Shown here: positions 1 to 9,464 of the stretch, piece by piece
Layout: each line of letters begins with the position of its first letter
Numbering within the stretch: the first letter of the stretch is position 1
Assembly (NCBI GenBank): GCA_016181585.1
Contig: JACOYX010000016.1
Coordinates: forward strand, 32,467 to 96,466
DNA from: Candidatus Sungiibacteriota bacterium
GTDB taxonomy: Bacteria; Patescibacteriota; Minisyncoccia; Sungbacterales; HO2-52-23
Length of the DNA stretch: 64,000 nt
Direction of reading: 5' to 3'
Position numbers and translations under genes: made by a program
Notes under the pieces: model-generated
What the model saw: the letters and a program-made list of their open reading frames with translations, nothing else
What the model was told of the DNA's origin: nothing
Database searches by the model: none

Positions 1-2
1 AT

Positions 3-461
3 CCACAAATGCCCCATGATTTATACCCTGATCCGAGATACTTAAACATTACAAAAAAAGCATCACCCGAAATGGTACATGCCGGGTGTCGTGTTGCGGG
101 GACACATATTCACATTGGCGTTCGCAATATGGCACACGCGATTCGTGTATATAATGCGCTGATTCCCCATCTTGATACTTTTTGCTACATTGGAGACCAT
201 TCAAACGGAGAGCGCCTGCGTCTATACCGCGCCATGGCAAAATATTGGAAACCTGAGCCATTAAAAAACAGAGAACATTTTTTTGAAATTGCAAAAGAGC
301 AGGGCTTTACCGATAATCCTAGAAATTGCTGGCAACTTATCAGAATTTCACAACATGGCACTGTTGAATTGAGGATGTTTGGCACCGCAAAACACATCGA
401 AGAGATAATGGGATGGATTCAAATAATTCAAACCATCCTCAACGCAAGCATGGCCGCTTAA
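3..461 (+). CDS. Carboxylate-amine ligase, glutamate-cysteine ligase family 2 (YbdK-like), C-terminal part; 5' end lies outside the window
   Basis: The frame is open to the window edge. Blocks GTHIHIGV and HGTVELRMFGT parallel the GQHVHVG and FGTVEVRVMDT blocks I recall from E. coli YbdK. Confidence 0.55.
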   Translation, partial: PQMPHDLYPDPRYLNITKKASPEMVHAGCRVAGTHIHIGVRNMAHAIRVYNALIPHLDTFCYIGDHSNGERLRLYRAMAKYWKPEPLKNREHFFEIAKEQGFTDNPRNCWQLIRISQHGTVELRMFGTAKHIEEIMGWIQIIQTILNASMAA

Positions 462-494
462 AAACCAATGGATTTTGAAAGGAGAACATAGTTT

Positions 495-917
495 ATGTTT
501 TGTAATCCGCGTAGTTGGAATTCTCACTATACTTCTCGTTTCCCTGACGATTTTGATCACCGCGCAAGCACGACGCCAAAAAAGCGAATAGTGCCCGAAG
601 ATATTGATTTGGAAAGCGTGGTTAAAGAGATAGTAAAAAAAGAAAGATGGAAAACGGCAAGAGCCAAGAGAGCAGAAAAAGAATACCGGTATTTTTTGGC
701 TCTTATCCGCCGTCACTCAACTGCAAAAGCTGTTCCATGGAATAACGATCTTGATACGTTTTGGCATTATCACATTCTCGATACGCAGAAATATGCCGCT
801 GATTGCAAAGCGCTTTTCGGGTATTACCTTCATCACGATCCGCATATAAAAAATATGGCTGAACATAAAGCGGCCGTCCGAAAAACTTTGAAATTGAGAG
901 AAGCGAATAATGTCTAA
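495..917 (+). CDS. GRDP-like (DUF1399-like) protein
   Basis: DLDTFWHYHILDTQKYAADC...LHHDPH resembles the WH-x-H-x-L...Y-x-x-DC signature of the glycine-rich-domain-containing-protein-like family. AGGAG lies 9 nt upstream of the ATG. Confidence 0.45.
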   Translation: MFCNPRSWNSHYTSRFPDDFDHRASTTPKKRIVPEDIDLESVVKEIVKKERWKTARAKRAEKEYRYFLALIRRHSTAKAVPWNNDLDTFWHYHILDTQKYAADCKALFGYYLHHDPHIKNMAEHKAAVRKTLKLREANNV

Positions 918-984
918 ATCTGACCTAGTCCGTACCGTTCGGTACGGACGGTCTAGGACGTTTCGGCCGTTTACGATCTAAAAC
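912..984. repeat. Repeat family R, copy a (hairpin GTCCGTACC-GTTC-GGTACGGAC plus flanks)
   Basis: About 80% identical over about 73 bp to 56227-56301. It overlaps the stop codon of the upstream gene. Confidence 0.8.
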
Positions 985-1096
985 ATAACAGCCGCATGGT
1001 TCGCCCAGCGGTTTTACTGTACGCAAGCAATCCTTGAAATTTGACAAAAAGTTTAAACTGATATAAAATACGGCAACGAACTTTTCCAATTTAATA

Positions 1097-1105
1097 TGGT
1101 AAAAT
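1097..1105 (+). promoter_or_regulatory. Extended -10 promoter element (TGGTAAAAT) for the AAA+ locus
   Basis: TGnTAnnAT-type element sits 19 nt upstream of ATG 1124, followed by AGGAGG. Similar TGGTATAAT or TGGTAAAAT boxes precede other genes in the window. Confidence 0.45.
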
Positions 1106-1123
1106 TTGAAAGGAGGCCTGAAA

Positions 1124-2467
1124 ATGGCACAAGCAAACGCTGATTCATCTGCGATTTTACAAGAAATTTTGGGAGAGGTAGATAAATCGGTCTCGCAACT
1201 GCAAGCGGCCAAGACCGAAGATATCGGTCTAACAATCGAGAATTTGCAGAAAGAGTTTGATAGCGCGGCAAAAATTCAGGACAAGCGGATGCGGGAAGCC
1301 CGTATTAGGGTTCTTACCGCGACATTTGAGGAACTGCAAAAACAGACGAACATAAAACAGGACCTTCTTGCAAAAGGCATGTTCGCCCTGGAAGCATACA
1401 TTGAGAAATTTGGTGATGTTTTTAAGGGGTTGGGGGAACCGAGTGCGGAAGACAAAAATTTGCTTCAGCAATCAGAGCTGGAAGTGAAAGGGGCGGAGGA
1501 GACGCTTGAAGCGGCAAGATATAAGACATTTTTCAAGGGTAGAGCAATTGCAAATGCCGAGACCGAACTCGAAAGCGCAAAAGGTAAGCACGCAGAGCTT
1601 GCCAAAGAAGTTCAAATGCGCACACGGCAAAAACTGCTCTCATCAACCCTTGATGAATTGGCGCAACAATTTTTGCTTTGGTCAAAAAAGACGGGGGATG
1701 CCCTTGAAAAAGATATCTCGGACGAGGGCACGCAAATAGATATTATCGTGCAAAGGAAAACGGTGGCAGTAGATATACAAAAGCAGGCCACTCAAGCGTG
1801 CGAAAAGCTTGGCAGTGAGTTGAAAGCCAAAGAGGCTGATCTAAAAGCCGCGGAAGATAGATTAACCGAACTCGAAAGCGGCACCTCCGAGTTTGTCGCA
1901 CAAGGAGAACTGATCGGCAATCTTCGTTCACAAGTTGAAGATCTCGGCGGACGAGTAAACAATGCCATGATTTTGTCAACAAATAAGTCAAAATATGTTG
2001 ATCACTTGGTGGCAAACGAAATCGCGCACAGAAAAATAAGAGCGAATGCTCGAGCGCTACTTACTATTTTGCGCAGTTCATCGGAGGAGCGCATTGTATT
2101 ATTCAAATCGCGCTTGGAACTTGCCAAAAAAGCCGCCGACCAGGAACTTGGGAAGCAAATCCATACCATGGGTAATGAAATGGATATGGATAACTTAGGA
2201 GCGGCAGTCGCTTATGGCGCGGCTTCCGATAGGTTGATAAATGACATTCTCAAGGCGCTTCCCGGAGAGGCGCGGGAAACGGCGGGAATTCTCGCCGCAC
2301 AGGCCGAGGCCCATGCGCAAACACGCAGGGAACGGCAAGATATACTTGCTGAAATAAAGGAAAGATTTGGCGTTGACTTGTCAACGAAATCTTTCTATTC
2401 GTATGTTGCGGGCGATGGTGGGACAGAAAAGGAACCCGCAAAGCCCGAAGAAGCAAACACGTTCTAA
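1124..2467 (+). CDS. Locus protein A: 447-aa all-alpha coiled-coil protein (possibly TelA-like; unverified)
   Basis: AGGAGG lies 7 nt upstream of ATG 1124. The sequence is long, heptad-like and rich in E/K/A/L/Q with no TM segment. Any resemblance to toxic-anion-resistance TelA is weak and by eye only. Confidence 0.8.
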   Translation: MAQANADSSAILQEILGEVDKSVSQLQAAKTEDIGLTIENLQKEFDSAAKIQDKRMREARIRVLTATFEELQKQTNIKQDLLAKGMFALEAYIEKFGDVFKGLGEPSAEDKNLLQQSELEVKGAEETLEAARYKTFFKGRAIANAETELESAKGKHAELAKEVQMRTRQKLLSSTLDELAQQFLLWSKKTGDALEKDISDEGTQIDIIVQRKTVAVDIQKQATQACEKLGSELKAKEADLKAAEDRLTELESGTSEFVAQGELIGNLRSQVEDLGGRVNNAMILSTNKSKYVDHLVANEIAHRKIRANARALLTILRSSSEERIVLFKSRLELAKKAADQELGKQIHTMGNEMDMDNLGAAVAYGAASDRLINDILKALPGEARETAGILAAQAEAHAQTRRERQDILAEIKERFGVDLSTKSFYSYVAGDGGTEKEPAKPEEANTF

Positions 2468-2531
2468 AACCTTCAGTGGAGGGGGACCATCAAGGTTCCC
2501 CTTTTTAAACAGGAAAAGGGAGGAGTGCATC

Positions 2532-3680
2532 ATGGCTTTAGACAATGATCCAAATTTTGGGACGCTTGAATCGGGAGACGATTATGCACAATACTTCAAT
2601 CTTCTGGCAAACGCCTTCACGTGGCTTCTTGCATGCTACTCAAGCGGAGCCGCCGAAACATACGAAGCCGATATTGTGCCGGGTTTTCTCCGGAAGATGC
2701 TTTATACTATAGAAACGCTCCGCGTTAAATATACCTACGGATCGGCATACAACCGCTCGCTTTGGGTGGATCTTACTGATTCCGGATTTCCCAATTCACA
2801 GGAAGTTACGAACATTGTGGCGGATATTCTTGGTAGAAAAGAACGTCTGCGCGCACTTCCTGCCAAATCGGCAACAAAAGGGCTACTGCTCGATACTATT
2901 TTTTCCCAGTATGAAGCGCCGCGGGAAATGCTGTGGCAACTTTCGGAACGCGAGTACCTTGAGATGCTTGATGAAGAAAAACTTTTTCTTTCGTTCACGC
3001 CGGGAGAATTGATTAACCGCGATGAAGATCAAAAATACCGAAACTACATTTACTCTTGGGCGTGCTACGATTTCCGGTCAAACCGGCCATACATTCATTT
3101 GATGACTTTCGATCAGGACAAGGAAAAACAGCCCCTCGAAGAGAAAGGCGCTTCATATTATGAATTTCTCCAGGTGGTAAAAGGCGAAGGTTCGCGGGCG
3201 CCGGATGTGGCGATTCTTGCAATTGCGATTGATGAGGCGCTGGAAAGCATACACCCTACCGTACTCAAACGGCTTTGCATCGGACCGCTCTATGGAAACT
3301 TGCTGTTAAGCGGCAAAAATATTGAGGAAGAGGATGTGAAGCAATCAACAATGCGGTCGCTTCTTTCGCGCTACAGCCGCGCAAAAAACGATTTTATGCT
3401 TTTCTCAAGCGATGATATAGTTTTTTCCAAATCACGGCAAACTTTTCGCGGGATTTTAAACCCCCGCGGCAAGGTGCGGGAAATTTTTGCCATCACCGAA
3501 ACCGATCCGGAATGTTATGCGCGGCACGCTTCAGTGATAAATCACTACTGCCTTCTGCCGCACTGGGTCCTGCAAAATATCGATCCGCATGAAATCGGGG
3601 AAAATCTTCCTGAATTCAATCGCTGCCAAAAAATCACCTACAACGACAGGAAGGAGGTAGAAATCCATGGCCGAGGCTAA
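2532..3680 (+). CDS. Locus protein B: 382-aa soluble orphan protein
   Basis: GGGAGGAG precedes ATG 2532. The 3' end overlaps the start of the AAA+ gene by 14 nt. I recognise no motif. Confidence 0.75.
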   Translation: MALDNDPNFGTLESGDDYAQYFNLLANAFTWLLACYSSGAAETYEADIVPGFLRKMLYTIETLRVKYTYGSAYNRSLWVDLTDSGFPNSQEVTNIVADILGRKERLRALPAKSATKGLLLDTIFSQYEAPREMLWQLSEREYLEMLDEEKLFLSFTPGELINRDEDQKYRNYIYSWACYDFRSNRPYIHLMTFDQDKEKQPLEEKGASYYEFLQVVKGEGSRAPDVAILAIAIDEALESIHPTVLKRLCIGPLYGNLLLSGKNIEEEDVKQSTMRSLLSRYSRAKNDFMLFSSDDIVFSKSRQTFRGILNPRGKVREIFAITETDPECYARHASVINHYCLLPHWVLQNIDPHEIGENLPEFNRCQKITYNDRKEVEIHGRG

Positions 3681-5643
3681 AAATGCTATACCTATTGCCA
3701 AAAGTGATCTGAAAGATTTTGCGGAACGCGCCACGCGTTTTTTGCAGGTAACGAAGTGGCGTCCAAAACCGGGACTCATGCCAAAAGAAAAACAACCACA
3801 AATTACCGATGCACTTGTCGGCGTTCCGCAACTTAAAGAGACGGTACTCATAACCGCTCCTCAGGAAGAGCAAGTATCCATTCTTGAATCTGCACGGCGC
3901 GTTGCTGGAGATACGGTGTTCTTGTCGGACACATTGAATCATATTTTGCTGACTCTTCGTACCGGCATTCAAATCGGCGCGCATTTATCAAAACTCTATG
4001 AACGTGCATCCAATTTTGATGGACTTAAAGATCTCAATGCACAGGGAAAGATGACCGATCTCCAGCGTACTGAATTTCGCTCAAAAAGTCAGACGGCGTC
4101 CTCCATCGCGCTTTTTGCGCTTGCGTATTATATTGTGTGGGATCTTGAATCGAAAGCGGGAGATGTGGAGAAAGTGAATGTTGATTTCAGCGATGTTCCT
4201 GAATTTGCGCTTCGCGGATCGCTTGATGCTGTTCAGTGCGCGCTGTTTTACTACGGAGCTTACCTTGAAAGCGGGAGTATTCGCACGGAACAAGAATTCA
4301 TCAAACTAACGCTTGTTTATTTTAAGCGTGTGCTCGAAGAATTGAAGTTGCGGAAAGATTCCTTTGCGTATCTCGAGCCTTTTACTTCCTGCACCTACCA
4401 ACTTGAAGAATCGGAATTCAACGTGCAGGGGTTTGAAACAGAAATTTCTGGAGGAAGAGTAAGTGTTGAATTCAAAAGAACATCCATTGAAGAAATGGTG
4501 GGAAACAGAGACGCAAAGCATCATGCATCTCGCCTGACGAATAGCCTGCTAACATATAGTCCCAAGGATAAACGTAATCCTATGTTCGATCTTGGTGGAT
4601 TCACCACGGTTATCCTCGGACACGGAAAGCCCGGTACCGGAAAATCTATGATGATTTCGGTTACTGCCACGCAACTTAATGATCGATGTAAGGAATATAA
4701 TTATCCATTCCTTTTTTGGCAGATGCCGGACACAATGGTTTCATCCTTTCAAGGAAAATCGGCAGAACACATGTATAACTGGATATCGGCATTACGCGAT
4801 ACTTCTAAAATTATTTATGCGCCTATCGACGATGCGGAAAATAATTTGGAAGAACGTACCCGCCAAAATGCATCTGAAGGCACCCGCCAGATTGTGGGCG
4901 TATTCCTCCGTAATAGCGAGAGCGCTGTTGCCGTGTGGAGAGGTAATGCCGTCCTTGCGCTCTACACCAATATCCCAGATCAAATCGATAAAGCTGTGCT
5001 TTCACGTGTACAGACAAGATTTTCAATTGATGGCGCAAAGACCATACATGACTTTCTTGACCAGGATTATCTGTGGTGGAAACGATATTTAGAGATCAAT
5101 CCCGGATTTGTAAATTTGCGAGATCCGGATGATTATGCATATCTCACCGAACAAAAATTGGTGAAGCGTCTTGATGAAATTAAAGAATATGGAGCAGAAA
5201 TAGCCGAAGCGACTATTAGTGATATTGTGAAAAGCGTTGAAAAACGTTATCCGCGCACTTCTCATATGTTTTTCGCGACACTGTTCGCAGAAGTAATGCG
5301 TGCGCATCCGCAATTCAGTTCTCGCGATTTGCGCAATATCCAAAGCGCTGTAAGCATGAGGATTATGGATTTCGACTATCCCGAACATTGGGAGGATCAT
5401 CCGGAAGATTTTTTCTTTCAGCCCTATGATCGCAAAATGGCAATGCTCAAAGAACTCATGATTGCTAATATGCACGGACTTTCCTTTGCCGATATTCGCT
5501 ATCAGGAAACTGTGCGCTACCTGGACGAGATGATAAAAATTACTGAAAAAGGCAAACGCCGAAGAATTGAAGAACGTGCGGAGCAGATTGAAATCGAAGT
5601 TGCCGCGCAAGAGCGCGCCCGGCAAAATGTGACATTACATTAG
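3667..5643 (+). CDS. Locus protein C: classic-clade AAA+ ATPase with about 300-aa N-terminal and about 190-aa C-terminal extensions
   Basis: Walker A is GKPGTGKS (aa 320-327). The Walker B region is IIYAPIDDAE (aa 382-391). Sensor-1/SRH YTNIPDQIDKAVLSRVQTRFSI aligns with [22 protein letters not shown] of Vps4-type AAA proteins. Confidence 0.85.
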   Translation: MAEAKNAIPIAKSDLKDFAERATRFLQVTKWRPKPGLMPKEKQPQITDALVGVPQLKETVLITAPQEEQVSILESARRVAGDTVFLSDTLNHILLTLRTGIQIGAHLSKLYERASNFDGLKDLNAQGKMTDLQRTEFRSKSQTASSIALFALAYYIVWDLESKAGDVEKVNVDFSDVPEFALRGSLDAVQCALFYYGAYLESGSIRTEQEFIKLTLVYFKRVLEELKLRKDSFAYLEPFTSCTYQLEESEFNVQGFETEISGGRVSVEFKRTSIEEMVGNRDAKHHASRLTNSLLTYSPKDKRNPMFDLGGFTTVILGHGKPGTGKSMMISVTATQLNDRCKEYNYPFLFWQMPDTMVSSFQGKSAEHMYNWISALRDTSKIIYAPIDDAENNLEERTRQNASEGTRQIVGVFLRNSESAVAVWRGNAVLALYTNIPDQIDKAVLSRVQTRFSIDGAKTIHDFLDQDYLWWKRYLEINPGFVNLRDPDDYAYLTEQKLVKRLDEIKEYGAEIAEATISDIVKSVEKRYPRTSHMFFATLFAEVMRAHPQFSSRDLRNIQSAVSMRIMDFDYPEHWEDHPEDFFFQPYDRKMAMLKELMIANMHGLSFADIRYQETVRYLDEMIKITEKGKRRRIEERAEQIEIEVAAQERARQNVTLH

Positions 5644-5657
5644 GCCAAGGAGGGTGA

Positions 5658-6905
5658 ATGAAAAAACTGATTGAAGCGGGACTTTTCGGTGCGGGACTTA
5701 CGCCGATAGATACTCCGGAGCTTGCGCGGCGGTACAATATTTGCCTGAAGTTTCTCGGCATTGAACCGACCGCGCTTACGACGTTTTCAGTTGACGGCAT
5801 TGGGTGGAGTCCGGAAATTGCCCTTGAGCGGAAAAATAATTACTATCTTTGCGCGGGAATCGCAAATCCCATGGGGGTTATTATGACTCCCAACCAGCGC
5901 AATAAACCGGTATATTTCCCTTTTAGCTCATACGAACGGCCGATGCTTCGGGCCTATTTCGACCGTCATCACAATGCAATTGCCGATATTACCGCGACTG
6001 CTTTTGTGGGACTCGACATAGATCAGGAGTTGACGCGTTATGAAAGTCCGTACGACCTGACTCTTGTGCGCTATGTCATTCTTCGTTCCATTGCGGGAGG
6101 TCTTTTTGACGCCGCAAAAGAGCAAAAAGCTCTTGTCGGGCGCTTTATGAGCGATACGCTTGATTGGTTCAATACTCCCGTTATTCCGGCGCTTATAAAA
6201 AGTGCCGAAAAATGGGGGGACCTGCGCCATCGGAGCACGGATATTCCGGATTTTAGATTCGATATACATAGCTATTACACGCTTGCTTTTGGCGGAGTAT
6301 TCGTACTGCGCTCCGAACGGACTGGCGGGACGATACTCATTGTTGAAGATGAAAAGATGGAAACTCTAAAAAAGGATATTGAACGAATGGCTTTGTCGGA
6401 TAAAGAATTGCCTTCACGGCTCCGCCGTGAAGGTTTCGCAGAAATCAATCTTGGCTGGTATCGGCAACACCAAGAAGTGCTTACCGAAAAAAAGGAAAAT
6501 TTACTTGCATGGATGCTGTGCAAAAATGACCCGGTGGCGGATTTTGTCAATATGAAAATGGCGCAAAAACGCCAGCACGCGATGAAGCTTGCCGACGACT
6601 TGCCACCGGTATATCACCAGATAGAACGTTTTTCGCGCGAACTTGCGGCGGGGCGTAACCCGAAAATAGATTCGCTTCCAAGCGAACTGCAAGTATTGCT
6701 TCTGCGTCCGCACGCGAAACTTCCGGAAAGCGAACAAGAAGTAGTTTGGATGCTTCTTTCGCACATACAGCAAATTGATGTTTTTCGGCTGTATGCTGCG
6801 GATAAAAATTCATTCTTCACGCAATGTCAAAATTGGCCCGAAAATTTTCTCGACTGGGCCGCAACAATCATCCGCGAGCGATATATTCCCCGGATGAGCC
6901 GGTAA
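5658..6905 (+). CDS. Locus protein D: 415-aa soluble orphan protein
   Basis: AAGGAGGG precedes ATG 5658, which lies 14 nt after the AAA+ stop. I recognise no motif. Confidence 0.75.
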   Translation: MKKLIEAGLFGAGLTPIDTPELARRYNICLKFLGIEPTALTTFSVDGIGWSPEIALERKNNYYLCAGIANPMGVIMTPNQRNKPVYFPFSSYERPMLRAYFDRHHNAIADITATAFVGLDIDQELTRYESPYDLTLVRYVILRSIAGGLFDAAKEQKALVGRFMSDTLDWFNTPVIPALIKSAEKWGDLRHRSTDIPDFRFDIHSYYTLAFGGVFVLRSERTGGTILIVEDEKMETLKKDIERMALSDKELPSRLRREGFAEINLGWYRQHQEVLTEKKENLLAWMLCKNDPVADFVNMKMAQKRQHAMKLADDLPPVYHQIERFSRELAAGRNPKIDSLPSELQVLLLRPHAKLPESEQEVVWMLLSHIQQIDVFRLYAADKNSFFTQCQNWPENFLDWAATIIRERYIPRMSR

Positions 6906-6916
6906 GGAGGTATGTT

Positions 6917-7486
6917 ATGATTTCTTATGGATTTTTTACGGCAATTATTATTGCATTTTTGGTGGGAGGATTTGCTTGCCTGATAGACATGCATTTGGGA
7001 GCATGGCTAAGACGCGGAGTGTATAATTATACGCATAAAGACGCACTCATTGATTCAGACGAAAGCGGATATATTTATCGGCGCAATGCAAATATAAGAT
7101 TTGGTTGGGCGATTGCATTGGTGCTTCTAACGCATTGGTGTTTAATCCACTATGCCATCATAAACATACCAATATCTGTCATCTCTATTCCTCTTGAACT
7201 TGCGGCAATTATGATTGGATTTTACGCCGGACCATTTTTGAATAAAATTTGGGAACGGCGGAAACCGCTTCTTGACACCATCGATAAAATGGACAGCGGA
7301 GAGACCGACGTAAAAAAAGAAGTGCGCAAGGTGGTGGAACAAGTAAAAGACGCATTTCATGTTCCGACCGATTCGGAACAACAAAAGTCCGCGCAAAAAG
7401 AGAGTGCTGTAGAGACTAAAACACTGAGTGCGAAGATAGAGGAAAATCCTCAAAAATATATTGACGCATTTACGAAAGGAACATAA
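6917..7486 (+). CDS. Locus protein E: 189-aa membrane protein with a charged C-terminal tail
   Basis: AAGGAGG precedes ATG 6917. It has about 3 hydrophobic helices followed by a K/E/Q-rich tail. Its stop abuts the next start (TAAATG). Confidence 0.7.
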   Translation: MISYGFFTAIIIAFLVGGFACLIDMHLGAWLRRGVYNYTHKDALIDSDESGYIYRRNANIRFGWAIALVLLTHWCLIHYAIINIPISVISIPLELAAIMIGFYAGPFLNKIWERRKPLLDTIDKMDSGETDVKKEVRKVVEQVKDAFHVPTDSEQQKSAQKESAVETKTLSAKIEENPQKYIDAFTKGT

Positions 7487-9364
7487 ATGAGCGAGCAGGT
7501 GGTGACCATTCCTTCAGAAAATATTCCTGTAAATGGAGAGACGGACCATGGCAAGTTATACTGGGCATTCCGTCATACCAAAGAAAAAATAACTGATCTT
7601 TTGCGAAGGCATAAGATTCTTCTTCTGTTGATGGCTGGTGTCGTGCTCATAACTTCGTTGATCCTTCGTGCGGCCATTCATCCTTATGTGATGGTACTTC
7701 GTACGAGGATTTTTCTTGTGGTTCTGGGCGCGCCTCTTTTCTACATGCTTTGGCAAATGCTCTTCCACGGATCATGGAAACGCCGCATTCTAACGACCAT
7801 GATAACGATACCGCTTCTCTATGGCGCACTGCGATGGGGAGAAGCAATACATGAATACTTGGCACTCTACTGGCGGTATGTAACCATAACACCAGAAAAA
7901 TTTGAACAGGTATCTCTTGTTATGGCAAGTATTGCGAGCGTATCCGCAGCATCCGTCATATTGCACTATCTGAAAAAAAGCTCATGGAAAAGACGGCTGG
8001 CCACATGCGGTATCACAATACCATTGCTGGCAGGCGCCATATACTGGAGAGCGGAAATAATAGATTTTTGGTGGAAGTCGCATCTAACGTATATTCAGGT
8101 TGAATTGGAAGAACTATTGCTTACCGGCCACGAGCGAATACAGCCGCTCCATTCCATATACTCTTTGGCAAATGAGAAAATGGATCAAAATGAATCCCCG
8201 TCAATACCTGACACAGTGCGCATTGGAAAAGAATACCGATGGACTATGGCGGTTGAACCTACTTATGCGCATCGGGCGCTAAGCGGAGTGCATGAACTCT
8301 TCAATGTATCCGTGACGACACCGTCCCCAGATTTTTCGAAAGAAGGGAGCCGTGTGGAAGTAGATTTTCCTACCGGTGAAGGACTTCTTTTCGGAAGAAA
8401 TTCATTTACTGCGACTATTAAAACCCTAAGTTTGTGGTGGAGATACTGGAACTACGAGCCCACTGATGTCGCGTATGTTACGGATGAGAACGGCGAGTGG
8501 GTGCAACTTGTGTCGCTTGTGCGATGGAAAGGCATCTTTTTCCCCCGCCCGGAATTCGGAGGGGTACAAGTGATTCGGCAAATCAGCACGCAGTATGAAA
8601 AAGAAAACAAAATACCGAATTTTCTTGAATTTATATCCCAAGATATATCGTTGATGCTCTTTGGCGTAGGAGAATGGATACCGCCGGAAGAAATCGGAAA
8701 GCACACATTTTTGGTAGGACAGAATGTCCTGCCTCAAATGGTATCGCGCTATATCGGCAACTCATTCAGATTCCAAAATGGATTTTTTGCTCCATTTCCC
8801 TTGTCGCACAAAGGCGATATACGGATTCCTGATCTTTTGGATGATATCAATCCACAGCCCTTCGCGACGTTCTTTTATTTGCCGGATAGAGAAGGAGCTT
8901 TGTGTCACTACTTGTCTCTTGAACCGTATGATCCTGATAAGCAGGGCACGAACACAAGTCTTTTTATCCCCACTGACGGCTCGGGCCCAATCTATGTGTA
9001 TAAGCATTTCCGAAAGGGACGAGACTTGTTGGGTGTCAGCACTATTGCCACAAAAGTAATGGATTCAAAGAAGCTCTATAACTGGGAGAAACATAGGCCC
9101 GTAGAACACCGGCCATTCATCAAACTAATCGATGGAAAGCCAAGATTTTTTTGGCTCACCACCATTGTGACCAAAAAAGATGATGAAACTATAGAGGCAG
9201 AAACTTCAGGAACAGAAAAAATACCTAACCTAAATCGAAAATTTATTGCCGGGGCGAATCCGGAAATTGCCCTTACGGATGGCGTAACCGGTGAACCGAT
9301 TTGGGTGGATCCTGCCGCTCTACAAACGTGGGTGGAGGAGTTGGAAAAACATTTTCAGCATTGA
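7487..9364 (+). CDS. Locus protein F: 625-aa polytopic membrane protein with an internally duplicated N-terminal TM module and a large C-terminal domain
   Basis: SWKRRILTTMITIPLLYGALRW (aa 96-117) repeats as SWKRRLATCGITIPLLAGAIYW (aa 166-187). About 400 aa of soluble domain follow. The gene is followed by a terminator. Confidence 0.75.
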   Translation: MSEQVVTIPSENIPVNGETDHGKLYWAFRHTKEKITDLLRRHKILLLLMAGVVLITSLILRAAIHPYVMVLRTRIFLVVLGAPLFYMLWQMLFHGSWKRRILTTMITIPLLYGALRWGEAIHEYLALYWRYVTITPEKFEQVSLVMASIASVSAASVILHYLKKSSWKRRLATCGITIPLLAGAIYWRAEIIDFWWKSHLTYIQVELEELLLTGHERIQPLHSIYSLANEKMDQNESPSIPDTVRIGKEYRWTMAVEPTYAHRALSGVHELFNVSVTTPSPDFSKEGSRVEVDFPTGEGLLFGRNSFTATIKTLSLWWRYWNYEPTDVAYVTDENGEWVQLVSLVRWKGIFFPRPEFGGVQVIRQISTQYEKENKIPNFLEFISQDISLMLFGVGEWIPPEEIGKHTFLVGQNVLPQMVSRYIGNSFRFQNGFFAPFPLSHKGDIRIPDLLDDINPQPFATFFYLPDREGALCHYLSLEPYDPDKQGTNTSLFIPTDGSGPIYVYKHFRKGRDLLGVSTIATKVMDSKKLYNWEKHRPVEHRPFIKLIDGKPRFFWLTTIVTKKDDETIEAETSGTEKIPNLNRKFIAGANPEIALTDGVTGEPIWVDPAALQTWVEELEKHFQH

Positions 9365-9403
9365 TATAAAAATTAGCTCTTTATCGTTCATTGAACAAAA
9401 ATC

Positions 9404-9431
9404 AAACCGAGGGATTTCCCCTCGGTTTTTA
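9404..9431 (+). terminator. Intrinsic terminator ending the A-F operon
   Basis: ACCGAGGG-loop-CCCTCGGT stem followed by TTTTT. Confidence 0.7.
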
Positions 9432-9464
9432 ATTCATAAATTTGACAGTCAGCAACCATATGCC

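Noticed and set aside
2367-2531. N-terminal extension of protein B to ATG 2367
   Set aside because: It would overlap the end of gene A by 100 nt. ATG 2532 has a strong GGGAGGAG SD, and the upstream extension is rich in R/K/S and not coding-like.
5089-5625. 178-aa minus-strand ORF
   Set aside because: It is antisense to the C-terminal part of the AAA+ ATPase gene and is a shadow ORF.
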